Part shown: positions 56,508-64,000 of the stretch, piece by piece
Numbering within the stretch: position 1 is the first letter of the stretch
How the letters are laid out: each line of letters starts with the position of its first letter
Virus record (IMG/VR): IMGVR_UViG_2918987250_000001
Span: 32,001-96,000 of that record
Reading direction: 5' to 3' (one strand)
DNA from: a virus
Taxonomy: Duplodnaviria; Caudoviricetes
DNA: 64,000 nucleotides
The notes under the pieces: generated by a model
Seen by the model: the letters and a program-made list of their open reading frames with translations, nothing else
The model's database searches: none
What the model was told of the DNA's origin: nothing
Translations under genes and position numbers: made by a program

Positions 56508-57185
56508 TCAGATGCCGAACTCGGTGAGGAACGCCATGAAGGCTTCCGCACCCTTCTTGCCGGTCTCCGTCTGGATACGGCTCATGAAGGCCTTCACGCG
56601 CCGGCTGTCGGCGACCGTGACCTTGGAGAAGCCGAAGGCCTCGGCGACGCGCTGGGGCGCCTCGTCCACGGCGATGGCCGCGGCCTCGTTCTCTTCCTTC
56701 TGCTCCTCGACCGCCTCGGCGATGTCGTCCACGAAGGCGTCATCGAGCGTGGCCGCGAGGTCGTCGGTCATGAAGGAGAGCTCCTTCTCGTCGAACCCGA
56801 GCCAGTCCATCTCGAGCCCGGCGTCGGAGAGCGCCGTGAGGCCCTCGCGCACGAGGTCGGTGTCGTAGATCTGGTGCTGGACCCGGTTGTCCGAGAGGCG
56901 CAGCGCGTCGGCCTCGGCATCGGTGATGCCGTGCATGACGACGACCGGCACGGTCTTGCGCCCGAGCTCGATCGCAGCCAGGCGGCGCCCGTGGCCGGCG
57001 ATGATCTCGCCATCCTCGCGCACGACGATCGGCTGCGTCCAGCGGCCGGAGCCCTTGATCGCGGCAGCGAGCTTCTTCGTGCTGTCCTTGGAGTGCTTCT
57101 TCGCGTTCTTGGCGTAGGGCACCAGGCGCTCAACCGGCCAGTGCTCGACGACCATCTCACCGGGCGGGGTCTTAGGCGTCGTCAC
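56508..57185 (-). CDS. ParB/Srx N-terminal domain protein
   Basis: LVPYAKNAKKH, PIVV, IIAGHGRRLAA, LRLSDNR. Confidence 0.88.
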   Translation of the reverse strand: MTTPKTPPGEMVVEHWPVERLVPYAKNAKKHSKDSTKKLAAAIKGSGRWTQPIVVREDGEIIAGHGRRLAAIELGRKTVPVVVMHGITDAEADALRLSDNRVQHQIYDTDLVREGLTALSDAGLEMDWLGFDEKELSFMTDDLAATLDDAFVDDIAEAVEEQKEENEAAAIAVDEAPQRVAEAFGFSKVTVADSRRVKAFMSRIQTETGKKGAEAFMAFLTEFGI

Positions 57186-57360
57186 GGGACCATTCCTTCA
57201 GCATGTCGTAGAGATCGGCATCGCTCGGTTCGGTCTCATCGACCGTGGGCTCGAAGTTCTCTCCGGCCCGGCACCCGAGGCATTCCCGCTTGATGCGGGT
57301 CGGGTCGAAGTGCTCGCACTGGGAGCACTCATCGAAGCGAGGCTCGATCCTGATCTTCAC
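57172..57360 (-). CDS. small Cys-rich (CxxC..CxxC) protein
   Basis: ECSQCEHF...ECLGC. Confidence 0.6.
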   Translation of the reverse strand: MKIRIEPRFDECSQCEHFDPTRIKRECLGCRAGENFEPTVDETEPSDADLYDMLKEWSRDDA

Positions 57361-58073
57361 AGGGGCGCTCCGAAGCCGTCGTCCTCGCTGGGCTCGTCGT
57401 CTTCGACGGCCGGCGCAGCAGTCGCGCCCGAGAGCAGGAGGAAGCAGAGAGCGTCGCCGGCATTCATGAGGGCGGTGGCGCCCTCGAAACCCTGGCGCTT
57501 GGCCGTCCGGGTGATGAGGTCCGTCAGGCGCTCCGCATCGGCGAGCGGCACCTGGAAGCGCATCATCGCGTGGGTCTTGGGAGCGGCCGCCGCGGGAGCG
57601 ACTTCTTCCGGCTCGCTCGTTTCGGACTCGGTCTCGAGCAAATCGAGATCATCGAGCGCTATAGAAGACGACGAGAAGATCGACGTGATCTCCTCATCAG
57701 AGAAAGGCATCGTGTCCTGGATTTCCTCCCCGTTCACCAGCGTCTTGAGAAGAGCAGCCAGCTCGCTCGCGTCGTCCTCGCCGTAGCGGGCGTTGTCGAT
57801 GAGCCCGATCTTCTTGGCCTGATCGTCTGCGATCGGCCCGACGTTGATGACGGGGATCTCCTTCAGTCCCAGATCCAGGCAGACCTTCCAGCGGTGCTCG
57901 CCCCCGATAATCTCGAGGTCGCCGCCGGCCTCCCGCACCACGACGGGCTTGAACAGTCCGTGCTGACGAACGGACGCGGTGAGACGCGCCTCGTTGTCGG
58001 GGCTCATGTGGTTGGTGTTCCACGGATTCGGCCGCAGGGCCGTCGGCGGAAGGGTCAGGGCCTTGGGATACAT
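57357..58073 (-). CDS. ParB/Srx N-terminal domain protein
   Basis: LRPNPWNTN, KPVVVR, IIGGEHRW; likely start ATG at 58073. Confidence 0.88.
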   Translation of the reverse strand: MYPKALTLPPTALRPNPWNTNHMSPDNEARLTASVRQHGLFKPVVVREAGGDLEIIGGEHRWKVCLDLGLKEIPVINVGPIADDQAKKIGLIDNARYGEDDASELAALLKTLVNGEEIQDTMPFSDEEITSIFSSSSIALDDLDLLETESETSEPEEVAPAAAAPKTHAMMRFQVPLADAERLTDLITRTAKRQGFEGATALMNAGDALCFLLLSGATAAPAVEDDEPSEDDGFGAPL

Positions 58074-58137
58074 GGGAGGACGTGGTAAGTCAGCGCTGAC
58101 TGACTTGTCAATGCCTATCGGAGCGAAATGAGCGCCT

Positions 58138-59829
58138 ATGACTGAACTGGTCCGCATGGGTGTGGGCGTCGTGAACGCCCGCATCGAGAGCCCCTCGAAG
58201 GCCGTGAAGGCTCTCGTCCACAAGACCCTCTCCTACGTCGTCGAGGGCGCCGAGTTCTCCGGGGCCGGCAACGGGCAGTGGGACGGGCGCTCCTCCTTCT
58301 TCTCCAACCTGAAGCACACCTTCCCGGCCGGCTTCGCGCACATGGTCCACGCCGAGCTCAAGCGGGCCGGCCACAAGGTCCACATCGTCAAGCACCCGCT
58401 GCCGGAGCCGCTCGGGCCTGAGAACCCGATCGTGGATGAGTTCGGCAACGACGACCCGCGCTACGACTACCAGATGCGGACGGTGAACCAGCTCATCCGT
58501 CACGGCCGCGGCATCGCCCAGGTCGCCACCGGCGGCGGCAAGTCGAAGATCGCCAAGCTCGCGGTCGCCCGCATCCGGCGCCCGACCCTGTTCCTGACGA
58601 CCCGCGGCGTGCTCATGCACCAGATGGCCGACGGCTTCCGCGACGCCGGCTTCACCGTCGGGCTGATCGGCGACGGCGAGTGGTCCCCGGTGCGCGGCGT
58701 CAACTGCGCGATGGTGCAGACGCTCGTGGCCCGGCTCGAGGAGACCGATGTCGCCAAGGAGCTCTTGAAGGCTGTCGAGCGCCGGGCCGCGGCCGAGGAG
58801 CGGGCCAAGAATGCGCTCAAGGCGAAGATGAAGCGCGAGAAGGCCAAGAACGCCGAGATCTACCGGGCGCTCGACGCGCTGGGCGCCCAGCAGGAGGCGG
58901 CTCGGCCGTCCGACGAGCAGATGGCGAAGGAGGCTCAGAGCCGCGCCGTGACCCAGATGGCGACCCGCGCCCGGACCATCAAGTTCCTCGAGCTGATCGA
59001 GCTGGTGATCGGCGAGGAGGCGCACGAGGTCGGCGGCACCAGCTACAACGAGATCATGCGCCACTGCACCAAGGCGCGCTACCGCCTGGCGCTCACCGCG
59101 ACCCCGTTCATGCGCGCCGACGCGGCCGACAACATGCGCCTGATGGGTGCCTTCGGCCCGATCCTGATCCAGGTCACGGAGAAGGAGCTGATCGACAAGG
59201 GCATCCTGGCGAAGCCCTTCTTCCGCTTCGTCGAGACGCGGGACACCAAGAAGCTGTTCAAGACGACCGACTTCCAGCGCGCCTACAAGGCCGGCTACGT
59301 CGAGAACGAGGTCATGCACGCCGAGATCATCCGGGAGGCCAAGATCGCGGCCTCGCTCGGGCAGCCGGTGATGACGCTGATCCAGCGCACCGCGCACGGC
59401 GAGATCCTCGCGACGAAGATGGCCGCGGCCGGGCTGCGGGTCGAGTTCCTGAAGGGCGAGGACAACCAGAAGGCCCGCAAGCGCGCGCTCGCCCAGCTCA
59501 AGGCCGGCGCGATCGACGTGCTGATCGGGACGACCATCCTCGATGTCGGCGTGGACGTGCCGGCCGTCGGGATCGTGCAGCTCGCCGGCGGCGGCAAGGC
59601 CGAGGTCGCGCTGCGGCAGCGGATCGGCCGCGGGCTTCGCGCCAAGAAGGGCGGCCCGAACATCTGCTTCGTGTCCGACTACTCGGCCCACCCCAACGCG
59701 CACCTCGCCGGCCACGCGCGGGAGCGCCGCTCGATCATCGAGAGCACGCCCGGTTTCGTCGAGGGAATCCTCAAGCCCGGCAGCCAGCACCCCTGGCACA
59801 TGCTTTCGGCGTCAAAGCTCGCAGCCTGA
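58138..59829 (+). CDS. superfamily 2 helicase (DExH-like, Walker B variant EEAH)
   Basis: YDYQ, ATGGGKS, IGEEAH, LTATP, DVGVDVP, QRIGRGLR. Confidence 0.9.
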   Translation: MTELVRMGVGVVNARIESPSKAVKALVHKTLSYVVEGAEFSGAGNGQWDGRSSFFSNLKHTFPAGFAHMVHAELKRAGHKVHIVKHPLPEPLGPENPIVDEFGNDDPRYDYQMRTVNQLIRHGRGIAQVATGGGKSKIAKLAVARIRRPTLFLTTRGVLMHQMADGFRDAGFTVGLIGDGEWSPVRGVNCAMVQTLVARLEETDVAKELLKAVERRAAAEERAKNALKAKMKREKAKNAEIYRALDALGAQQEAARPSDEQMAKEAQSRAVTQMATRARTIKFLELIELVIGEEAHEVGGTSYNEIMRHCTKARYRLALTATPFMRADAADNMRLMGAFGPILIQVTEKELIDKGILAKPFFRFVETRDTKKLFKTTDFQRAYKAGYVENEVMHAEIIREAKIAASLGQPVMTLIQRTAHGEILATKMAAAGLRVEFLKGEDNQKARKRALAQLKAGAIDVLIGTTILDVGVDVPAVGIVQLAGGGKAEVALRQRIGRGLRAKKGGPNICFVSDYSAHPNAHLAGHARERRSIIESTPGFVEGILKPGSQHPWHMLSASKLAA

Positions 59830-59845
59830 TCCCTATAGAGAGCCC

Positions 59846-60052
59846 ATGAGCACGAAGTCCCGCCTTGTCGATCCCGTCCACCTCTTCGATGAGCGCGGGC
59901 ACGCCCTCTCCTCCTACGACGTGCAGGAGGAGAGGATCCGCGTGCTCGAAGCCGAGAATACCCGGCTGAAGGGCGAGCTGGCGCGCATCAACGCGATCAT
60001 CGCCAAGTCCCGCGCCGCCCGCACCCGCGAAATCCCGCCCCGTCTGCACTGA
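59846..60052 (+). CDS. hypothetical protein
   Basis: ATG at 59846; coiled coil. Confidence 0.55.
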   Translation: MSTKSRLVDPVHLFDERGHALSSYDVQEERIRVLEAENTRLKGELARINAIIAKSRAARTREIPPRLH

Positions 60053-60118
60053 GCAGGCGGGTTTTCTTCACCGTTCACCAAGGGCGATGTGCGCCCAGAG
60101 AGATAAGTCAGCACTGAC

Positions 60119-60709
60119 ATGACCTTTGCACTCGACATCCCCCGCTACATCGCCCTGTGCGGCAATCCCGGCTCCGGCAAGAGCACCGTCCAGGAGATCC
60201 TGCGCGCGAATTACGGCGTCGAGCCCGTCGATGACGGCTTTGCCCTGCGCAAGATCGCGGTCGAGCAGTTCGGGCTCACCTGGGACCAGGTGATGACCCA
60301 GGAGGGCAAGCGCGAGACCGTCACGGTCGCCGGCAAGGCCTGGATCGTGCGCGACCTGCTGGGCCAGCTCGGCAACCGCATCGAGGACCTGCTCGGCCCT
60401 CACGGCATCCCGTTCCTGTCCGAGCGCCAGGTGGCCGACAAGCCCGGCTGCTTCTCCTTCGGCAGCGTCCGGCGCGACCAGGGCCGGTTCTACCAGGACC
60501 GCGGCGGCGTCGTGATCGGCGTGCGCAGCCCGAAGGCCGGCCCGTCGGAGTTCGAGTTCGACCGCTTCGACGAGGCCTGCGTGGATCTCTGGATCGACAA
60601 CGACGGCGAGGACCTGCGCCGGCTTGAATGGTCGGTCTGGACCGCGATCAAGGAGCTCGAGGCGCGGCGCCGGGTCTTCGTGACCCAGATCACGGAGCGC
60701 GCCGCCTGA
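60119..60709 (+). CDS. P-loop kinase (dNMP-kinase-like)
   Basis: ALCGNPGSGKST, RDLLGQLG, IDNDG. Confidence 0.7.
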   Translation: MTFALDIPRYIALCGNPGSGKSTVQEILRANYGVEPVDDGFALRKIAVEQFGLTWDQVMTQEGKRETVTVAGKAWIVRDLLGQLGNRIEDLLGPHGIPFLSERQVADKPGCFSFGSVRRDQGRFYQDRGGVVIGVRSPKAGPSEFEFDRFDEACVDLWIDNDGEDLRRLEWSVWTAIKELEARRRVFVTQITERAA

Positions 60710-60766
60710 TGGTCGCCTGGTTCGACTTCTGGCTCCGGGCGGCGACGACCGCCCACGGCCTCACCT

Positions 60767-61558
60767 GTGCCTACTGGCTCGCGATCTCGAGCGAGGCCAC
60801 CGATCTCACCTTGGAGCAGACCCGTGTTCGGCCCGACCAGCATTAACGGCACCCACGCGCCTCTCAACCACCTCGAAGTGCGCTGCGATGCGACGGACCG
60901 GCTTCTGGGCTGGCTCACCGGCATCGAGGCGGCGAAGGTGCCGGCGACCGAGCCGCTGGTGTTCGAGGGCGCCAGCGACGACGAGATGGTGATCGAGGAC
61001 GAGCACGGCGTGAGCATGCTCGGGATCGCCACCGAGATCCGGGTGGATGAGTTCTCGGCGATCTTCCCGCGCCACAACGACTTCGCCGGGCTCGAGGCAA
61101 TCCACCAGGCGGTGCCAAGCTACGCCAAGCGCACGCACATCAAGGCTGATGACAGCCTGAAGTGCCTCTACACTTGGACCGCGGCCGTGGTGACGCCCGA
61201 GGAGCACGAGGAGCTATTCGATTTCGACAACTTCCTCCCCTACGGCGAGGAGAACCGCGAGCTGATCGAGGACGAGCTCGACTTCCATGCCCGGAAGATC
61301 GGCGCCGGTGGCGACGCCATGATCGACGACCTCATGTCCGAGCCGGGCCTGATGACGGGCAAGTTCATGACCGGGGTCGGCACCATCCGTCCGGCCGGCA
61401 TCGTCAGGGCCGAGGACCTGATCGCCAACACGATCTCGGCCAAGAGCCTGGCTGCGACGAGCACCTCCTTCTCGGCGGCGATGAAGGCCGCGGGCCGGGC
61501 GCTGGAGCGGGCGAAGGATGTCACCTTCCCCACGCTGATGCCGAAGATCGGGCCGTAG
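60767..61558 (+). CDS. hypothetical protein (start uncertain)
   Basis: Phage-like codon usage from about 60870 onward. Confidence 0.55.
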   Translation: MPTGSRSRARPPISPWSRPVFGPTSINGTHAPLNHLEVRCDATDRLLGWLTGIEAAKVPATEPLVFEGASDDEMVIEDEHGVSMLGIATEIRVDEFSAIFPRHNDFAGLEAIHQAVPSYAKRTHIKADDSLKCLYTWTAAVVTPEEHEELFDFDNFLPYGEENRELIEDELDFHARKIGAGGDAMIDDLMSEPGLMTGKFMTGVGTIRPAGIVRAEDLIANTISAKSLAATSTSFSAAMKAAGRALERAKDVTFPTLMPKIGP

Positions 61559-61626
61559 GTTCGGGGTCCGTTCCCCTAGCCGTTAATGGTCTAGTTACCT
61601 ATCCATGGCCGTTATCCGCTAAAGCG

Positions 61627-61658
61627 CCATGTCTCCATGGCGCCAAGGCACCAAGAGG
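61627..61658. repeat. four tandem 8-bp repeats (CCAWGNNN) upstream of parA; candidate operator/centromere
   Basis: CCATGTCT CCATGGCG CCAAGGCA CCAAGAGG. Confidence 0.5.
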
Positions 61659-62321
61659 ATGACGGCCATGCAGACCCTCGCCGTGCTCTCCCAGAAGGGA
61701 GGCGTAGGCAAATCCACGATCGCTCGCCTCATGGCGACCGCCTATGCCGGCGCCCAGTGGCGCGTGAAGATCGCCGACTTCAACGTGAAGCAGCTCACCA
61801 GCGTGGACTGGTCCGCGAGCCGCATGGCCGCCGAGATCCAGCCCGAGGTGCCGGCCGAGGCCTTCTCCAGCGTCAAGCAGGCGCTCCGGCAGAACCTCCA
61901 CTACGACCTCATGGTCTTCGACGGGAAGCCCGACTCCGACGTGACCAGCCTGGAGATCGCCCGCGAGAGCGACGTGATCCTCCTGCCGGCCGGCGTGAGC
62001 GGTGACGACCTGCGCCCGCAGGTGAAGTTCGCCCACGAGCTCGTGTCCCGCGGCGTGGACCGGGCGCGCATCCACTTCGTCATCAACAAGACCCTCGAGA
62101 GCGCAGCCTCGATCTCCGACGCCCGCGGCTTCATCGAAGCGGCCGGCTACCGGGTGCTCGCGACGGATCTACCCTCCAAGACGGGCTACCAGCTCGCGCA
62201 GAACATGGGCCGCGCCATCTCCGAGAGCGCCTTTGCCACCCTGAACGAGCGGGCCGATGCTCTGGCCCAAGAGGTCGTGGATCTCATGACCACGCACGCC
62301 GGCACGAAGAGGGTCGCCTGA
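61659..62321 (+). CDS. parA: ParA partition ATPase (short, type Ib)
   Basis: SQKGGVGKST, IADF, MVFDGKP; no N-terminal HTH. Confidence 0.9.
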   Translation: MTAMQTLAVLSQKGGVGKSTIARLMATAYAGAQWRVKIADFNVKQLTSVDWSASRMAAEIQPEVPAEAFSSVKQALRQNLHYDLMVFDGKPDSDVTSLEIARESDVILLPAGVSGDDLRPQVKFAHELVSRGVDRARIHFVINKTLESAASISDARGFIEAAGYRVLATDLPSKTGYQLAQNMGRAISESAFATLNERADALAQEVVDLMTTHAGTKRVA

Positions 62322-62578
62322 TGGTCACGGCTCCCCCTCCCCCGCGCACGCTCGCCAATGCGGGTCGTCTCAAGCCCGAGAGCGCCCCGGCGCCGGCGGA
62401 AGCGCCCAAGAACCTGTCCACGTCCAACCAGGGCAAGTGGGTGCCGCTCACCTTCAAGGTCACGGAGGACGAGCGCTACGCCTACCGGCTCGAGGCTGCG
62501 AAACGGCGCATGAACCTCAAGGAGCTATTCGAGGCCGCGCTCAAGACCTACCGCGAGCAATACCCGCTCCAGGAGTGA
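62321..62578 (+). CDS. ParG-like ribbon-helix-helix partition protein
   Basis: Flexible N-terminus, VPLTFKV.....AYRLEAAKRRMNLKEL; coupled to parA. Confidence 0.7.
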   Translation: MVTAPPPPRTLANAGRLKPESAPAPAEAPKNLSTSNQGKWVPLTFKVTEDERYAYRLEAAKRRMNLKELFEAALKTYREQYPLQE

Positions 62579-62582
62579 CGCC

Positions 62583-62807
62583 ATGCACATGACCCACGCC
62601 GACCTGTGCGCGATCTACGCGAGGATGACGCCCGCGGAGCGGGCGGAAGCCCAAGCGGAGGCGCGCTCCAAGGGTGTTGAGGTTCACGAGCTCCTGGCCC
62701 GAGCGGTCGAGAGCCTCATCCAAGGGTATGATCGCCAGACCGTCGCGGTGCTGAAATCCTGGCATACGAGCGCCGAGCGACCGAGCGCCGTGGTGTCGAG
62801 CGTCTGA
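62583..62807 (+). CDS. hypothetical protein
   Basis: GGAG RBS, 74 aa. Confidence 0.5.
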   Translation: MHMTHADLCAIYARMTPAERAEAQAEARSKGVEVHELLARAVESLIQGYDRQTVAVLKSWHTSAERPSAVVSSV

Positions 62808-62880
62808 GCGACCGAGAGCCGAGCGACTGAGCGCCAAGGGTCCGATCACCGGGAGTTCCGGGGCCTATCCCAAGGGTCCG
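62767..62880. repeat. degenerate 7-8 bp (C/T)GAGCG(A)C repeats plus CCAAGGGTCCG x2
   Basis: Visible tandem array after the par cassette. Confidence 0.55.
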
Positions 62881-62977
62881 GGAATATGTGCTGCCGAGAC
62901 CCGAGGCATAGCCCTCGAGCAGACGCGATTTATCTAAGACTTCGTAACTTTACGCTAACTTTTCCGCAAAACACTAT

Positions 62978-63005
62978 GCGAGCGCGCTAATGTTAACGCG
63001 CTCGC
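62978..63005. terminator. hairpin downstream of the 63014..63709 gene
   Basis: GCGAGCGCG-N10-CGCGCTCGC. Confidence 0.5.
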
Positions 63006-63013
63006 TTCTAATG

Positions 63014-63709
63014 TTATGCGAAGTCTTCAAACATTAGATCATTGCACACTGCGAGAAACTGCTTTAACAGTGCGAACTCTTCGAAGCGATAATAGACGAT
63101 ATGTGCATTTGCGGTGCGTTGCGCTTCGCTTACATCATGCGTCTTATTCGCTAGATGCTTGACGATAGCGACGTGATAATCTTGCGCATCTTTGGTGCAA
63201 GCGAGCACTTCGACATAAACGTCTTGCATGATAAGCGCAGTGTAGCGCTCTGACATAGCGTCAACGTTATCGAGTTGCGTCGCGTCAGTGCGCATGTCAG
63301 AGAAAGCGTTAAACGCTTCTTCGTTAAAGCTGCAATCTATGCGATATTGCGCTTCGACGTTGCTAAGCGCGCGCTCTAGCGTGTGATGCACCGACGAAAG
63401 CAACACATTGATGCTTGACGCTTCGCTGTCGTTTTCGACGTAGCACGTCTCACAGATAAACGCGATGTGTTCAGCGTCGCTGAAAGTCACCGCAAAATAG
63501 TTGCTGTCGTTTTCGTTAGAGAACGTCGCGACAGAGCACAAGTCGTTATAGTCTTGAAGCGACAGCATCACAGGTGTTTTTGTGTCGTTGAGCTTGTTAT
63601 GAATGAAGCGCGCGAAGTCTAGCGCGACAACATCACGTTGCGCTTTCAGCGGTGCATCAGCGATCTCGAAAGAGACAGCATTCATCTCATGAATATCAGC
63701 GAGCGTCAT
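63014..63709 (-). CDS. hypothetical protein lacking Gly and Trp (GG/CC-depleted region)
   Basis: 231-aa ORF with 0 G, 0 W and 2 P; own promoter. Confidence 0.75.
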   Translation of the reverse strand: MTLADIHEMNAVSFEIADAPLKAQRDVVALDFARFIHNKLNDTKTPVMLSLQDYNDLCSVATFSNENDSNYFAVTFSDAEHIAFICETCYVENDSEASSINVLLSSVHHTLERALSNVEAQYRIDCSFNEEAFNAFSDMRTDATQLDNVDAMSERYTALIMQDVYVEVLACTKDAQDYHVAIVKHLANKTHDVSEAQRTANAHIVYYRFEEFALLKQFLAVCNDLMFEDFA

Positions 63710-63745
63710 AGCGTGTGCTTTCTGTGGTGCGTTGTTGACTAGAGA

Positions 63746-63774
63746 GTTTTACTGTCGTGCTTGTGCGGTGTCAA
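63746..63774 (-). promoter_or_regulatory. sigma70 promoter overlapped by the palindromic operator
   Basis: TTGACA-17 bp-TAAAAC; operator at 63772-63789. Confidence 0.6.
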
Positions 63775-63786
63775 GTCAGCGCTGAC

Positions 63787-64000
63787 TTATTTCTGCGCTT
63801 CAAGCACTTTCTTCGCGCGATCAATGCGCATCACATGCGTGTGACGCTCGCGCTTGAAGCGCTCGACGTTTGCAAGATGCGCTTTATGCGTCACGTCTAG
63901 TTCAGCGGAAATCTCAGCTAGACGCTTTTGCGATGCGTCAAGCATCGCTTGCGCGCGCTCGACTGTAAGCGCATTCTTGCGCTTGATATTGTTCGCTTCG
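63787..64000 (-). CDS. C-terminal part of a hypothetical coiled-coil protein
   Basis: EANNIKRKNALTVERAQAML...KKVLEAQK*; no G, P or W in 70 aa. Confidence 0.65.
   Translation of the reverse strand, partial: EANNIKRKNALTVERAQAMLDASQKRLAEISAELDVTHKAHLANVERFKRERHTHVMRIDRAKKVLEAQK

Larger units (their letters stand above)
1629..63789. repeat. dispersed 18-bp palindrome TAAGTCAGNNCTGACTTA, about 29 copies
   Basis: Starts near 1629, 3585, 6073, 6410, 7118, 10808, 13889, 17021, 18938, 19608, 24804, 26701, 27085, 27927, 32007, 34899, 37142, 37512, 42908, 43540, 47462, 48424, 48482, 51201, 53188, 56488, 58086, 60104, 63772. Confidence 0.92.
1..64000. mobile_element. phage-plasmid (siphovirus morphogenesis + RepC replicon + ParA/ParG), SSU5/pHCM2-like gene set
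   Basis: Complete virion module together with plasmid replication and partition genes; no integrase and no host housekeeping flank in the window. Confidence 0.85.

Noticed and set aside
56508-58073. The two ParB-domain genes as the plasmid partition system
   Set aside because: No obvious ParB HTH DNA-binding domain, not linked to parA, and parA already has its own RHH partner.
60709-60846. 45-aa ORF MVAWFDFWLR... coupled to the kinase stop
   Set aside because: It overlaps the uncertain start of 60767..61558 and I cannot decide which is real, so it is not listed as a feature.
1629-63789. Palindromic repeat as a CRISPR array or REP/IS ends
   Set aside because: Copies are kilobases apart with no regular spacers, and there is no cas or transposase gene in the window.
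62915-64000. Simple low-GC horizontally acquired island, or general restriction-site avoidance
   Set aside because: GC is still about 50% with abundant GCGC, CGCG, TCGA and AGCT; the segment carries the phage's own palindromic operator, and the loss is specific to GG/CC.

Overview
About 64 kb of a high-GC temperate siphophage or phage-plasmid, probably from an Alphaproteobacterium (it carries a RepC replicon). Gene content and order resemble the SSU5/pHCM2-like phage-plasmids. The left part (mostly minus strand) holds DNA-metabolism and regulatory genes: DnaE N-terminus, a sigma-like protein, CobS/CobT-like AAA+/vWA pair, three HTH regulators, a stand-alone repC with a probable antisense RNA, tRNA-Met and tRNA-Phe, ATP-dependent ligase, WGR protein, primase, DnaB, an Hfq-like protein and PhoH. 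The middle is a complete lambdoid morphogenesis module: tail fibres, lysis cassette, J/I/K/L/M, tape measure, G/GT frameshift, tail tube, head completion, capsid, scaffold, portal and terminase. Upstream of terminase lies a ParB-ParB-ABC ATPase-Tad2-GNAT operon, then a divergent helicase, a kinase and a parA/parG-like cassette. Four sequence-level signals stand out. (1) GG/CC dinucleotides almost vanish from ~62915 to the window end, in ~57-bp windows at several promoters, and inside dnaE; this fits a GG-directed virion DNA modification made by the packaging-linked ParB/ABC/GNAT operon (inference). (2) About 29 copies of an 18-bp palindrome TAAGTCAGNNCTGACTTA are scattered throughout. (3) Two AT-rich elements sharing a perfect 21-bp sequence bracket the late module in inverted orientation. 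(4) Two adjacent proteins both end in WGSW. Protein assignments come from motif recognition, not database searches, and all counts were done by eye.
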